Shown here: positions 62,784 through 64,000 of the stretch, piece by piece
How positions within the stretch are numbered: position 1 is the stretch's first letter
Layout: the number at the start of each line of letters is the position of its first letter
Assembly: GCA_010909165.1 (NCBI GenBank)
Contig: VJWM01000019.1
Location: forward strand, 1,426,001-1,490,000
From: Anthoceros angustus
Lineage: Eukaryota > Plantae > Anthocerotophyta
Length of the DNA stretch: 64,000 nt
Direction of reading: 5' to 3'
The notes under the pieces: model-generated
What the model saw: the letters and a program-made list of their open reading frames with translations, nothing else
What the model was told of the DNA's origin: nothing
Databases searched by the model: none
Made by a program: the position numbers and the translations under genes

Positions 62784-64000
62784 TGGCTCGCTGCTGGGAC
62801 TCTCAGCGGTGCCGCAGCGAGCGGGAACACGCTACCGTCATGTCATAGCTCACGAGTCGCCCTGAGACGCCTGTGCTCATTCCCAGATCTCTGTATGTGC
62901 AACGGTCTCACTCTGCACTATCGTCTTCCAGCACGCCACGCTCGCCCTTCCTGCTTCGCCTCTTCCTTCCTCCATCAAGCTTTGCCTCAGCCAAATAAAC
63001 AACACAAAGGCAACCCATCGCCCATCATCCTCGTTGAAAATGAATCACCCTATACCATTACCTTCAAAACATATATATCATGGTTAGTTTTAAACAGACT
63101 AGGTGTGTATATAGAAAAGTCAAAAAACATATTACGATACTCCAACAAAAGACCTACACTTGCAGCGGTTGGCTCAGCGTCCCTCCATCCCTACCTACCG
63201 CTCTTGCACCCATCTTTGTCCCCTCGGTGAGTCACCTTCCTACACATTGTTCTATGGCTATAGTATATTTGCGTACCCTCGTACATTCATGGATATATAC
63301 GATATAGGTATACCACTTATACAAATATACCTAATTAAATAACAATTAATCTAATTATGGTGACAGCTCATGACAGGTGTCGTACGAGTGGCACTCAACT
63401 TCACGGAGTAGCCAATTACTGCCAATAGGTTCATTAAATAAATTATTATTATAAAAACAAAATAATTAGAAAGCTTTTCACACTTCACACACCATCACTA
63501 TATGAGACCCAAGAGAATGTTTTCCACTCATAGTGAGGGAGAGGGCCAACAAAATTTGGTTTCCTTGTGGATTTTTTATGTTGTGAGCTACCATTAAGAG
63601 TGGATGATGACGAGTAGGCTTGATGCGTACGCTGGGATGAAGCACTCAAGAGACAGGCATCAGTTGTGCACTTATAAGAATATACTCGTATATCAATATA
63701 GGCGCTTGCCTCCCCACTAGTAATATAAATATAAATATTCCAAGTGTTAATGCAGTATGGTTGAATTATCTAGTTCGAGTTATTTTTGAACGACATATTG
63801 AAGATAAAAAATTGCCCCAATATGACCTCAACAATTACTTAATTTTGCTAATCGATTGACAACATACGACACAACAGTAGAAGTTGAGAGAGACTCTTTT
63901 TTTTAAGACATGTGGGCATAGCCACATGTGTAGGTATGCCCCTGCTTCATCACACCGTTGGCAATACTGCGTCAAAAACGCTAACATGAAGTTGAAGCAC

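Noticed and set aside
63914-63941. GGGCATA...TATGCCC hairpin in the AT-rich region upstream of BIG
   Set aside because: Short stem at the window edge; no partner TIR, TSD or Helitron terminus can be shown.

Overview
Gene-dense, intron-containing land-plant nuclear DNA with about 15 protein-coding genes. A hornwort (Anthoceros-like) is the most likely source, by inference from three things: mostly short GT-AG introns of roughly 80-200 nt, a flagellar IQUB gene (so a lineage with motile sperm), and a PLS-PPR protein with the PGxxWWxD box of the DYW:WW class reported from hornworts. Gene order: a small fungal-type Hva1/Tudor-like gene, mTERF, O-fucosyltransferase (-), a very long PLS-PPR (frameshifted in this sequence, DYW truncated), ABC1K9-like kinase (-), sucrose synthase (-), SFR2, KING1, a ~3.4-kb repeat-rich insertion, PI31 (-), a divergent beta-tubulin, IQUB with a twin ubiquitin-like/(Gly-Ala)n N-terminal extension, an intronless beta-tubulin, a MIS12-like gene (-), SufC/ABCI6 (-) and an ~18-kb BIG/UBR4 gene (-). 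I saw no rRNA, tRNA, CRISPR array or intact transposon ORF. The strongest leads are the probable fungus-to-plant horizontal transfer at 131-458 and the beta-tubulin/IQUB/beta-tubulin/MIS12 block, which includes a beta-tubulin lacking the acidic tail. I cannot show that either is an undescribed system. All family assignments come from motif recognition by eye; no database search was run.
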